Positions 27,164 through 40,044 of a stretch of 64,000 bases of DNA are shown here, piece by piece (positions within the stretch are counted from its first letter, which is position 1; each line of letters begins with the position of its first letter). Below the pieces are notes generated by a model. It saw only the letters and a list, made by a program, of their open reading frames with translations. It did no database searches and was not told the DNA's origin. Source of the stretch: Octopus sinensis (taxonomy: Eukaryota). Position numbers and translations under genes: made by a program. The stretch is from NCBI RefSeq assembly GCF_006345805.1, contig NC_043020.1, forward strand, positions 8,928,001 to 8,992,000. The letters run 5' to 3'.

Positions 27164-27889
27164 CTCCCTGCTTCCATTTCCTGAGCGCCTATTAATAATA
27201 ATACTGTAATTGTTCCATTGTTGTTGTTTTTTTGTTTCCCGTTTGGATTAAAATTATATATATATATATCTATATATATATATATATATATATATAGCAC
27301 CAGGTGGTGCTATTAAGTTAGACATGGCCTGGGCCAATAATGGCCGAAACCTATCAAAGTATCAAAGTATCAAAGTATATATACACTCATACATGTGTGT
27401 ATATATGTATGTTTGTGTCTCCTTGCCTTCACAATGCACAATACTTGTCAAATGAGTGTCACTCTTGTACAAACAATGTCATTCCTTTCCAATATTCTGC
27501 AAGAGCCATGCTTGGCCATGGTAGGGGAAATAATCATCTTACTTGAAAACAGGTGAGGGTTGGCAACAGGAGAGCATCCAGCCATAGTAAATCTTTTAGC
27601 ATGCAAAAAATGGAAGTTGAAATGATGACGATGATGACGACAACAATGACGCCAATGTCGACAAGGATATGAAAGCTAGCAGAGTGAAACTTCAAAGTCA
27701 CTGTCACCCTCTCTTCTTCTAAACATAAAATAAATGTGTATAGTTTAACATCAACTTGTTTTTGTGATAACTCAGCATAAAAACAAACATTAATATATAT
27801 ATATGTATGCATACACACATACATATATGTATGTATAATATATATATGCTTACATATATATTATATATATATATATGTATGTGTGTGTG

Positions 27890-27922
<33 letters not shown>

Positions 27923-28036
27923 CTTCTCAGAGGAAAAAATAACTGAATAGGGTTAAGAAAGCAATGAAGTATACATACATACATACCTACATACATACAT
28001 ACACACATACACACATACACACACACACACACACAC

Positions 28037-28089
<53 letters not shown>

Positions 28090-28205
28090 GATATATAATA
28101 TTATATATATGCATATATATATATGCATATACACACATATATATATATACATAGATGTATATACATATATACATACATATGTGTGTGTATATATATATAT
28201 ATACT

Positions 28206-28245
<40 letters not shown>

Positions 28246-28253
28246 TATGTATG

Positions 28254-28284
<31 letters not shown>

Positions 28285-28336
28285 GTATATATATATATGT
28301 ATATGCATATATATATATATGTATTATATATATATA

Positions 28337-28391
<55 letters not shown>

Positions 28392-28565
28392 TATGTGTGT
28401 ATGTATGTATGTATGTGTGTGTGTATGTATGTATACTTCATTGCTTTCTTAACCCTATTCAGTTATTTTTTCCTCTGAGAAGCTATTTCTAGAAAGATTT
28501 CAAACCTGGAGTAGTTTAGACATTAGAAATAATTGCTGACTTATTAAAAGAGGACACAAAAATAT

Positions 28566-28598
<33 letters not shown>

Positions 28599-30529
28599 CA
28601 TTACAGAGTGCACAAAGTAATTACGACACGCTGTCTCACGCCCATTCATTTTCTTCCTTCTGGCACTCATTATTTTCCAAAAAAAAAACAAGAATATTAA
28701 TTGTGGAACAGTTGCTAAAGTGTCAACCATGTATTCTAGGTTAGCTGTGGCTGTCATTGTGGTTGTTGTTGTTGTTGCTGTGGTTGAAACTGAAAGAAAC
28801 CTGCTGTGTGTGTTTATATATGTGTGTATGTGTGTGTGTCTTTGTCAATGTGTTTGTCCCCGACCACTGCTTGACAACTGGTGTCGGTGTGTTTACATCC
28901 CTGTAACTCAATGGTTCAGCAAAAGAGGCCAGTAGAATAATTCCCGGGCTTTACAAGAAAATAATACATGCTGAGGCTGACTTGTCCCACTCAAATCCTT
29001 TGAGGTAATGCCCCAGCATGGCCACAGTCTAACGAGTGAAACAACTAAAAGAATAAAAGATGGAAGAATGTTTACAGACTTCATAGACTTTGTCCAACGG
29101 GCAAAAGACATTCACACACACACACACACACAAATATGTAAAATGAATTCAGTGTATGAGTGAAACTTGTGGTGTGTTGTGTTCCCCATCAGTTGCAGCC
29201 AGTTTCTCAAACATTTTTGCCTTTAATCTTCAGTCACAAACTGCAAACATTTTCTCTCTATGATGTGGATGGCTCCGAAGCCTCTAAACAACCCACTTTA
29301 GTACTGTTACTACTCTGTTCAGCTCTTCTTCACCAACTCCTGATACTAATCTCTTTCCTCTGTCCCTTTCATGCTCCCTCCTCCAATCGTATCTACTTTC
29401 TTACTCTCTCCCCTACCATCCTTTCACAACTAGATATCTGTTCCTTTCATCAGATGTCACCTTTGCTCATGACATTGACAAATATCCTCATGCTCTCTCC
29501 CCCCTACCCTCTCTTTCCTGTTCTATTCCCCCTCAGTTATAACTCCTTTAGGTCCCCTCAGCTTTACAAGTTTTAAGGTAATAATTGCTTGTGTTGGTGC
29601 CATGGAAAAAAGCACTCAATACACACTGTAGAGCAGGTGGCATTAAGAGAGGCATCTGGCCATTGAAACCCTGCCAAAACAGACACTAGAGCACAAGACA
29701 GTCCCTTGACTCAGAATCCTTTTGAACTGCCTCACCCACCATAATCTAGTCAATCTTGTTCAAATATTTTTAACCCTCACATGCCATCCATCTTGGGCCC
29801 AGCATTTGTTGAGGGAGGTCTTCAGTGAGGGATCCAGTATCTTTGTGTTTGGATGACCTGCTCCAGTATGGCCATGCTTTGGCATCCATAGCAGGAGGTC
29901 GCCTATGCCAATGTGGAAAATGGACATTAAATGAGGATAACGGTGATGATGAGGACAATGATGATGACAACAACAATAGTGATGGTAATGATGATGATGT
30001 TGATGATGATCAGTTCTGATTTCACCTGAGTCGGGTCATTCATATTCCCAACAGTATGTCATGTAGAATAAAGTGTCTTGTCCCAGAATAACAGTAAAAC
30101 CCCTGCAGTTAATTTGAACTCATGTACTCCTAGGAAGATTTCACTGTTATTTTTAATAGGTCCAGTAATCATGTAGTGATTATTTTATTGGTTGCCAAAC
30201 TCTGCGCCAACTTTGACCCAGCAGTCCAGCTGTGATAATCCTCTATTTATTCAGGCATAGTGTATCATGGACTACATTACCCGATGTGTGGTCCCCCCTT
30301 TAATACAGTGAGAAGTGATTTGAAGGAGATTTAACTGTTGCTTAACCTGATATAAGCCCTGATCCAACAGATCTATGTCTGGCCTTATGACCTTCCTTGG
30401 AAATAGGTGAGGGTTGGCAACAGGAAGGGCATTCAGCTGTTGAAAAACCTGCCTTTCTGCCTCAATGAATTCCATCTGAGCTATGGAGATGACGACGATG
30501 ATGATGATGATGATGATGGTGATGACGAC

Positions 30530-30573
<44 letters not shown>

Positions 30574-32545
30574 CGACGACGACGACGACGACGACGACGA
30601 TGATGATGATAATGGTGCCGAAAACAATTCTACTATCAACACTAGGGTGTGATTTAATAGAGATTCAGCTATCATTTCTAGGAAGTCAAATGACCTTTTA
30701 GAGGCTCTTTCTCGTTGGCACTAAAGCTTGACATGTTGAAACAGGAGATGTCTAAGATCAGAAGGCCTCTTATGTCAGCAAACAGATTTTTTCAAATGTT
30801 ACACATGTTATTTACTTTACACCCACACAATGTATTTTGACAGTATACACCCAAAAGAGACAGGTCGACTAAGAAAGAAGAAGAAAAAGAAAAGAAAAGA
30901 GGTAGAGAAAGAAGAAACAGCAGCACACAGATGTTGGGGGAGAAGAGAAGATGAGGGCAATATGTGTTTAGAAAATTGGATTGTTTAAGTTTTTTATACA
31001 TAGATAACAAACAGGATGTTGTATACACTAAATTTTATATATATACACAGCGAGTATTTTGGAATTTGTGTTACTCAACACAGCAAGTTATATTATCGTA
31101 AACAATGTTTCCATCGTGTGGTTGTAAAAAAAAATGTGATGTGCACAGAAAGATGTTTAAATCTGTTTTGTTATTGAAAAGCCTGAATGCCCCAGAAAAG
31201 AAAAAAAAAACAACAGAAAGTAAATTTAATATATCTTTATGCAAGATATGTGCAGCAAATTTCAAAGAGTGTTTGATAAGCATCAAGACTTGCATTCAGC
31301 TCAGCCTTATGGCTAAGACAAAAGCAAGAGAGCTGAGAGAACAAGATGATGTAGATTCATTTGCCTGCCACCAAGGAATCTCTGTTCATCATCATCATCA
31401 TCATCATCATCGTTTAATGTCCGTTTTCAATGCTTGCATGGGTTGGACAAATTGACTAAGGTCTGGCGAACCAGATGGCTGCACCAGGCTCCAATCTTGA
31501 TCTGGCAGAGTTTCTACAGCTGGATGCCCTTCCTAACACCAACCCCTCCGAGAGTGTAGTTACGTGCCCAGCTGAGCTAAATCACTGCTGTATATGGTTT
31601 TCTAAACATGATGCAAGCATCATGTTATAGAGAAGTTCACTTCCAAACCTCTTGGTTGTAGGTTCACTCCCACTGTGTGACACCTTGGGTGAGTCTCTTC
31701 TACCATAGCTCTGTGTTGACCAAAGCTTTGAAAGTGAATTTGATAGATGGAAACTGAAAGAAATCCTGCATATATATATATAATATATATATATCATCAT
31801 CGTTTAATGTTCCTTTTCCATGCTAGTTGGATGGTTCGACTGGTGTCTGAGAAGCCAGGAGGCTGCACCAGGCTCCAGTCTGACCTGACAGTGTTTCTAC
31901 AGTTGGATGCCCTTTCTAACACCAACCACTCCATGAGTGTAGTGGGTGCTTTTTATGTGCCACTGGCACAGGGGCCAGAGGAGGCTGGCAATGGCCATGA
32001 TCAGTTGGTGCTTTATACATGCCACCAGCATGGAAGCCAGCCAAGACGGCACTGGTATCAGCCATACTCGGATGATGCTTTTTACGTGCCACCGGCACAA
32101 GTATCACAACTACATTTTCCATTTGATTTTCATTTTGATGTTGATGTACTTGACTCAATAGGTCTCCTCAAGCACAGCAGGTCACCCTACTGAACCAAGG
32201 TACTTTTGAATGGGATGGGACTGGTTATGCGAAACTGGTGTAGGATACAGCCATGAACTCACTTTATTTGTCAGGTCTTCACAGTCACAGCATATCTCCA
32301 GAGGTCTCTGTCTTTTGTCATTGCCTCTGTGAGGTATTATATATATGTGTATATATAATAAGAATAAAAGGTTGCACAGGAAGATCACAAAGAATCTCAT
32401 GGAAAACATACACAAAAGATGTAGACACACACATCCATCATCAGTTATTGATAAAAGATCATTACAATTTCGCTCCTTTATTGGTAAGATTGTTCATTTA
32501 GGTGGCATCAAAATGCTGCATGAACATTAAATGATGATGATGATG

Positions 32546-32580
<35 letters not shown>

Positions 32581-32934
32581 ATATATATATCATGAAATAA
32601 ATAGTCCAACATCAGTGAGGAAAGGTTATGTGTCTTAGACCAGCTATTTGTGACCTGGGAGAGAGAGGAAACAAGGTATTTATTTCTGGGCTGCTTTTGG
32701 ATTATAAGGATCCTCCAGGGCTTAGTCAGCAGATAGGGAACCTCATGCTTGCAGCAGGTAGCGCTTGGAATGGATAAATGGTGTGAAGATTTGCTGATTA
32801 TTCAGCAACACAGGTTTCAGGGAGTCATCGCTAACCAGTCCTCACTGAAGCCGGACTAATTATTCTTTGATGACCAAATGAACATTGACCATAACAGATT
32901 TCTGCCTCCCACAGGTGAAGAGTTAAATTTGACT

Positions 32935-33005
32935 TCGGACTAGTCTGATGAGTCATCCACAAAGCTACACCCTTCGTGGATGTGAAACCATTGGTCACTC
33001 TTTGA
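32935..33005 (+). ncRNA. Type I hammerhead ribozyme motif
   Basis: CTGATGA at 32945, stem II containing ATCCAC/GTGGAT, GAAA at 32984, stem III CCA-T-TGG, GUC triplet (cleavage after 32996), stem I AGT/ACT plus an imperfect extension. Confidence 0.6.
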
Positions 33006-33086
33006 CCAGATATTAGCTTTATTACTTTACTGCTCTATACTTTAGACTTTAGAGCATGGTTCTTTTTGAGATAAATGATACTTTGA

Positions 33087-33133
<47 letters not shown>

Positions 33134-34381
33134 TACAGGGTTAGGGTGAGATAAACATATATATATATATATATACTATGCTCGGGTTTGCAAGGGAAAT
33201 AACTATAAAGCATTTTTAGAGAGTTATAGCCTAAAAGTGGAAAAAAAATGATGGTAAATTTTTTTTTTTAGTTAAAAAGGTCGAGTTGCGTCCCCTAGAC
33301 AGTCTGTGGTTTGTGTTTCTGATTCTCGACCCCATGTCGAATTTATCGATTTTTTTCAGAACTGGGGGAACTTTTCAAAATTTTCGCTGCGTTAGTTTTG
33401 AATTATGACATTGGGCTATGTGTGTGTCAAGTTTCATCAGAATCGGTTGAAAGCCGTGGTCAGGGTGAGGGTACAACCTAACAGACACACAGAACACACA
33501 CAGACAAACTGCCGTTTATATATAGAGATATATATATATATAGATATATTTCTTTACTACCCACAAGTGGCTAAACACAGAGGGGACAAACAAGGACAGA
33601 CAAACGGATTAAGTCGATTACATCGCCGCCAGTGCGTAACTGGTACTTAATTTATCAACCCCGAAAGGATGAAAGGCAAAGTCGACCTCGGTGGAATTTG
33701 AACTCGGAACGTAACGACAGACAAAATATGGCCATGCATTTCGCCCAGCATGCTAACGTTTCTGCCAGCTCGCCGCCTTGTATATATGTATATATCATCC
33801 TCATCCTCATCGTTTAATTTTCTCCATCCATGCTTGTATGGGTTGGATGGTTTGACAGGAGCCAACCAGGTAGAAGACTACTACACCAGGCTACTGTTTC
33901 TGTTTTGGCATGGTTTTTACAGCTAGATGTGTATGTGTGTGCTTGTATGTATGTTTGTGTCTGTGTTTGTTCCCCCCCACCACCACCACCACTTGACAAC
34001 CAGCATTGGTATGTTTACATCCCTGTAACTTTGCCTTTTGGCACAAGAGAGACCGACAGAATAAATAAGCACCAGGCCTCAGAAGAAAAAAAAATTAGAA
34101 CTCGGATCAATCTGTTCGACTAAAATTTGCCAAGGCGGTGCTCCAGCATGGCCACAGGCTAATGTCTGAAACAAGCAGACGTGTAAAAGAGTAAGCAGAT
34201 GGCTGATATGAACTATCTGAATGTCTGAATAGATGGATTGGTCACAGCTGGAATGTTTCTGCTCACAGGTCAGCAAAAAGGCGGTTGACTTGGGGCTAAA
34301 AAAACAAACAACAACATTACTATCCACTATCTTATATATATATTTTTTTTTTTTCTGTCATTGCAGTTGCACTTTTTGACA

Positions 34382-34741
34382 ATGAAACAGCTGCTTACCA
34401 TTCTGTTTACCATTCTGCTTACCATTCTGTGCCTGCAGGTGCAGGCGCAGAGGCAATGCTTCCACGATTCACGTGTTAACTGCGTCAGTAAGTGTCTCAT
34501 GTGCCTGATCCTTGGAAAGAGATGTCCAGCGGATTCACCAATCAGAAACGGTACAAGGGCCTGCTGCGAACATTGTAGGACTAGAATGTATCGCCTGCCT
34601 GAAGGAAATCCTAACATCGTTGTCTATGGCCTGGCAACGTGTCGTAATGTCAGCGACTTTCACAAATGCCGAACCAATTTCTACGAAACAGTTCGACCAT
34701 TTTCTTACCAAACATTCTTTAATGTGGACTGCAAAAAATAA
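34382..34741 (+). CDS. Secreted cysteine-rich protein A (119 aa, single coding exon, unknown family)
   Basis: ATG at 34382 (gacaATG; the ORF track starts upstream at a TTG that lies in the intron). Hydrophobic N-terminus MKQLLTILFTILLTILCLQVQA, predicted cleavage VQA|Q, 11 Cys in the mature part. Polypyrimidine tract + CAG acceptor ending 34366. Clear paralogy with 38014-38388. Confidence 0.8.
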   Translation: MKQLLTILFTILLTILCLQVQAQRQCFHDSRVNCVSKCLMCLILGKRCPADSPIRNGTRACCEHCRTRMYRLPEGNPNIVVYGLATCRNVSDFHKCRTNFYETVRPFSYQTFFNVDCKK

Positions 34742-34761
34742 TTGACATTTGTGTGATTGTC

Positions 34762-34798
<37 letters not shown>

Positions 34799-35573
34799 AT
34801 ATATATAAGAGAAAATATATTTTCATCAAAATATGCTACCGGTTTCAATCATGTTCGTCATGGTGAAAGATGATTTAGTCTTGCTGTAAAAGAAGGGAAA
34901 ATATATTGACAGAAATTAAGCAAATCTTTTATAATATCAGTTTCAGAAGCTTGCATGTTTTTCTTTCAATATATATATATATATATAATCGAAGCTGCTT
35001 ACCAAAAACCACCACATATATACGTATATAGTTTGTATACGTGTGTATGTATATATGTATGTGAATGTTTTGCTTTCTATTTCTGATTTGTAAAACCAAA
35101 ATAAATGAAAGAACTTTTGACAATAAATGGTAAGAATTGAACCACTCAAAGACAGAAATCATCTTGTCATTTATTTCATCTTTACCAATATATTTTTGTT
35201 TGTTATTATTTACTTTGTTCCAACATTTCCAACATGGCCATCAACCCAAAAATTAAGTCTCTCTGTTTTTTCTCTTTTATTCGGCTTGTTTGCTTGATTA
35301 CTCCAGTATTCATTCCGATATCTCAGGATATGGACGCCAGGAAGATCTTATCCTTTGACAATGAAAAATGAAACACTAAACAAATTTAATTTTCTGGTAA
35401 ATTTTTTCACAAGATGAATTCTATATGAACAACTGATGTAATACCTGTCGAAAATGATATGCAAGGGTGCATATAAACAAATACATACATGCATATGTAC
35501 ATACATACACACATATATATACACACATACATACACATATATGTATACATATATATATGCGCATGTATATATA

Positions 35574-35634
<61 letters not shown>

Positions 35635-35907
35635 ACAGGGTTCTTTCAGTTTCCATCTACCAAATACTTATAAGTCTTTGGTTGGCCAAGGTTATAGGAA
35701 AAAAACACTTGCCCAAAGTACCATACAGTGGGACTGAACCCAGAACCATGTTGTTGGGAAGCAAATATATACATATATATATGCAAAATTTAGATTCAGA
35801 TGAATATGGTGCTTAAGTTAAAGGCACCAGAATTTGGTATGGTATTATCCATATAAATCAAATGGGGTGATTATAATTAAAATAAGCAACAAGGATATCC
35901 AAGGTAG

Positions 35908-35995
35908 TGTAGTACAATCGTTTCATGCTACTTCATTTTATCACACAATGTAAGTATTACATCAGTTTTAAAATGTAGAGCAATCTTCAGCTACA
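35908..35995 (-). ncRNA. Type I hammerhead ribozyme motif with long stem II
   Basis: Minus strand: TGTAG CTGAAGA TTGCT...AGCAT GAAA CGATTG TA CTACA. Perfect 5-bp stem I, intact core, GUA triplet. Confidence 0.6.
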
Positions 35996-36144
35996 TATAG
36001 AATTTTTTAATTAAATAGACAATGTACATATGTATATGTATATATAACGGGAAGGTTTACGAAAATAAACAAAAGACGAAGGCAGGTGGAGTACAAACAA
36101 ACAAATGTATTAGTATAGCACGCTCGGGAATAGAATAGAAAAAG

Positions 36145-36182
36145 TCTTTTACGTTTCGAGCTTACGCTCTTCGACAGAAAGA
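36145..36182 (-). ncRNA. Minimal hammerhead-like motif, CUGUCGA variant
   Basis: Minus strand: TCTTT CTGTCGA A GAGC-GTAA-GCTC GAAA CG TA AAAGA. All stems pair; A6 is replaced by U. Confidence 0.5.
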
Positions 36183-36236
36183 TATACATGTATATGTATA
36201 TATATATGTATATGTATATATGTATATGTGTATATG

Positions 36237-36285
<49 letters not shown>

Positions 36286-36294
36286 CATATATGC

Positions 36295-36378
36295 ATCCAT
36301 TATGCTAGAAGAAGACCTGCTATGGTCTAACCACTAAGAAAAGATTGTTCTCAAGAAAATTTAGCAAAATGCCAGAAC
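36295..36378 (+). other. Candidate 5' UTR exon for peptide gene B
   Basis: Short unique segment after a (TA)n run, ending in AGAAC|GTAAGT (GT at 36379). The next strong acceptor is the one before gene B (37981). Contains short uORF ATGs. Confidence 0.3.
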
Positions 36379-36729
36379 GTAAGTGAGCAAGACAAATGAA
36401 AAGATACAAAATATAGATTAATTACAAACCCGGTTTCGTTGTTAATGATTTATGTAATTAGATTTTTAAAATATGCAAGACCGCTGGTTTTAAATTGATA
36501 TTAATTAAGTTAATATTCAATTTTTCAACCTTATTATTTTACATTTCATATACATGTATGTATATATACACATATACATATACACATATATACATATACA
36601 TATATATACATATACATACATATATATATACATACATATATATATACACACACACACATATATATGTATATATATATATATATGAAAAAACAAGTCAAAA
36701 ATAGAAAATGCTAAGATGATTTTATAGTG

Positions 36730-36782
36730 AATCTTTCAGTACCGGTTTCGGTTATTTTGAGACCTTTTCAACTGTAACGATT
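36730..36782 (-). ncRNA. Minimal hammerhead ribozyme with U3-A8 core covariation
   Basis: Minus strand: AATCGTTACAG TTGAAAA GGT-CTCAAAATA-ACC GAAA CCGG TA CTGAAAGATT. Extended stem I, G-C closed stem II, palindromic stem III, GUA triplet. Confidence 0.6.
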
Positions 36783-37322
36783 AAATAATTAAATTTAGAA
36801 AAATTTAGAAAAATTAGAAGAAAGGTTTTTTTAAAGGAATACTTCCATAGTAGTGTTCAGATATAGGTGGCATTCTGCCTTTCTCTGACTCCCTTGTTTG
36901 CACTTGTGTATTCGAGGTCGTATATATATACTCTTTTACGTGTTTCAGTCATTTGACTGCGGCCATGCTGGAGCACCGCCTTTAATCGAGCAACTTGACC
37001 CCGGGACTTATTCTTTTGTAAGCCCAGTACTTATTCTATCGGTCTCTTTTGCCGAACCGCTAAGTAACGAGGACATAAACACACCAGCATCGGTTGTCAA
37101 GCAATGCTAGGGGGACAAACACAGACACACAAACACGCATATATATATATACATATATACGACGGGCTTCTTTCAGTTTCTGTCTACCAAATCCACTCAC
37201 AAGGCTTTGGTCGGTCCGAGGCTATAGTAGAAGACACTTGCCCAAGGTGCCACACAGTGGGACTGAACCCGGAACCATGTGGTTGGTAAACTAGCTCCTT
37301 ACCACACAGCCACTCCTGCACC

Positions 37323-37362
<40 letters not shown>

Positions 37363-37604
37363 CAGGTGCACACATAACTGTTTGGTAAGAAGCTTGCTTC
37401 CCAACTAAGTGGTTTCAAGTTCAATCCCACTGCATGGCACCTTGGGCAAGTGTTTTCTACTAAAGCCTTGGGCTGACCAAAGCCTTCTGAGTAGATTTTG
37501 TAAACGGAAACTAAAAGGAGCCCATGTGTGTGTGTATTTGTGTGTTTGTATGTGTGTGTGTGTGTGTGTGATTGTGTATTTGTGTGTGTTCTGTATGTGT
37601 GTGA

Positions 37605-37658
<54 letters not shown>

Positions 37659-38013
37659 CTGTGTTTGACTCCTGTCACTGCAAGACAACCGGTGTTGGTT
37701 TACATCCCAGCAACTTATTCGTTTAGCCATAGAGAGCCGTAGAATAAGCACCAGGCTTTAAAAAATGGGGGGGGAGGGGAAAGTTCATTCAACTAAAAAA
37801 AATTTTTCAAGGCAGTGCCCCAGCATGGCCACAGTTGAATGACTGTAACGAGTAAAAGATAAAGGTAAGGGATATTAAAAATTTCGATCTTTCAAGCACC
37901 ATATGTAATATGAGAATGCTGTGGTGTTTTTGTTGTCAGTATATCAAAACATTTCTCCTTTCTTATTTCCTCCTACCACAGGTTTTTCTCTGTAACCAAC
38001 TCACAAGGAAACA

Positions 38014-38388
38014 ATGAAGGGCTGTCAATACGTTGTCATCAGTTTGCTATTTGCTGCTTTGGTGTCTTCGGTATCCTGCCAATGGTTTTACGACAATCGA
38101 CTGAATTGTTTTGCCCGTTGCGTGACTTGCCTTATGACCGGGCTTGATTGTGAACCTCACCATCCATTCCCATCAGGCTATGAAGAGTGCCAGTTCTACT
38201 GCATATTAGAACACGAGACCGTTTATCAAAACTTTCCAGCAATTCAAAACAGCATACATCTTTGCAGGCACAGTCACTTAAGAGACCTCAACGTTCTTAA
38301 CTCATGTGTCCGTCAACGAATTAGAGTTATGTATCCAGAAGTCTACAAGAAGTTAACTTGGATGCCTCAAACCAGAACAGCATACTGA
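38014..38388 (+). CDS. Secreted cysteine-rich protein B (124 aa, single coding exon, paralog of A)
   Basis: ATG in aacaATG context. Signal-like MKGCQYVVISLLFAALVSSVSC|Q, 8 Cys in the mature part with the same spacing as A. Pyrimidine tract + CAG acceptor ending 37981. Non-repetitive sequence. Confidence 0.8.
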   Translation: MKGCQYVVISLLFAALVSSVSCQWFYDNRLNCFARCVTCLMTGLDCEPHHPFPSGYEECQFYCILEHETVYQNFPAIQNSIHLCRHSHLRDLNVLNSCVRQRIRVMYPEVYKKLTWMPQTRTAY

Positions 38389-38501
38389 AAAACTTGCTGA
38401 TTTTTCTTCATTTTAAATGTAAAATTGCATGTAAAATTGAAAATATCAAATTAATTTTGAAATATATATCAAAGCTACTGAACACAAAAAGATATTTCCT
38501 T

Positions 38502-38730
38502 TTAACCCTTTTGTTACCAACCCGGCTGAAACCGGCTCTGGCTCTTTAGTACAAATATTTTGTTTTCATAAGTTTTCAATTAAAATCTTCCACCAAACCT
38601 TAGTCACAATTTATGTTCCTAACACTAGCTGAATGATAACAAAGTTATTTTACTAAATTCTTTGTTATATTTAAAGTAATTGAAAGAAACACAGAGCATC
38701 TCAAAATAAATATGGTAACGAAAGGTTTAA
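38502..38730 (-). mobile_element. piggyBac-type MITE, just 3' of peptide gene B
   Basis: TTAA-CCCTTTTGTTACC ... GGTAACGAAAGGT-TTAA; same internal sequence as 46820-47049. Confidence 0.75.
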
Positions 38731-39084
38731 CATGTGTGTCAAAATAATTATGAAAGACATGTACAGCAATAAGCAGAAAGGAAAATAAACAGATATGGAT
38801 AAACTCATTTCATCAGCCAGGTTTTTATTTAGAGTCATTATGATTTCAGTCCTGGAAAACAGGGAATCACTTATCAGTGTTAGTTTGTTTTTAGTCATCA
38901 TAATCTAACAGTTAAGCATGAGACCTATAAAAATCAGTATCAAACTTTAAAATAAATACTGGAGTTGATTTTTTTCAACTAAACCTTTAAAGGTGGTGCT
39001 CCTGTATGACTGCATTCCAATGACTGAAACAAGTAAACAATAAAAGAATAAAAAAATATAATGTGTGTGTGTGTTATAAAAAAA

Positions 39085-39530
39085 AAAAATAATAATGAAA
39101 TTATTGTATACAGTGCTCAGGGCACCACAACTTGTCAGAGAGTGCATATAAAGTACATGCAGTAATGTAGAAATGTCTGGAAAGCGAACAGTGTACGAGT
39201 CAGATACATGCTTGTGTGTGTATGGAGGGGAGAAAATCAGGTGTAGTGTTGGCGAATCTCAGAAAGCATGGAAGTTTTGAAGGATGCAGTGCTCCGACAA
39301 CTAACAACCGATGCCGGCAGTTTGTTCCATGCTTCAGCAACTCTCAGCGAGAAAAAATGTTTCCTGAAGTCATGGGAGCTGTGCTGTTTTCTTACTTTGT
39401 AAATATGTCCACGGGTGTTAGATGGGTGGAGTTTGAAAAGGTGCTCAGAGTTATTGTTTGTGCGATGGTTGATAATTTTATGGGTGTCTGCCAAGTCAGC
39501 TGCCAGACGTCGGAGTTTCAATGTGTCCAT
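39085..39530 (-). mobile_element. CR1-like LINE 3' end
   Basis: LKLRRLAADL...TRGH...FFSLRVAEAWNKLPASVV, then a conserved 3' UTR ending (ATT)n. Other copies at 42680-43062 (+), 47335-47573 (-), and tail only at ~44060-44110. Confidence 0.85.
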
Positions 39531-40044
39531 GCCCATTATATAAATGTTCACACACATGCACACGTATATATATGTTTGTACAATAACTGACCCAATTGTT
39601 CAATCATTGGTGGAATGGTCTGATTCTTAGCATCCAATCAAATGGGTCAAATGTTGTTATGAATATTGATTTAGTGATTACATCAAATACATGGTAGGGG
39701 CCACCAAATACAGAAGGGCCGGGCAAGATAGCCAACTGGTGTTAACTTGACTTCAGTTCAGTGAAGCATGCAATGGATCAGAGGCAACCATTGAAATAGT
39801 TGATTGAACCCAGGCAGATACAAACACACACACATACAAACTCAAATTGTTTACTAAGTACATGAATAACTTAGATTTATTTAATTTTTATTTTTTCTTC
39901 CTCTGTTACCCTTTTCTAACATCTTCAATAAATTTATGGTTTTATTGCACAAAAAATGTAAAGTATAATTGCATATATTAAAAAAAAACACTTGCATTCA
40001 GTTTTTTTTTTTTTTTGTACTTGTTTCAGTCATTTGACTGTGGC

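Noticed and set aside
31105-31455. Cys-containing ORF as a third member of the peptide family (has C-x2-C-x6-C and an ACAATG start after an acceptor)
   Set aside because: No signal peptide, the first Cys of the C-x3-C-x2-C motif is missing, the G/P anchors are absent, and the end runs into a repeat. Remains unassigned.
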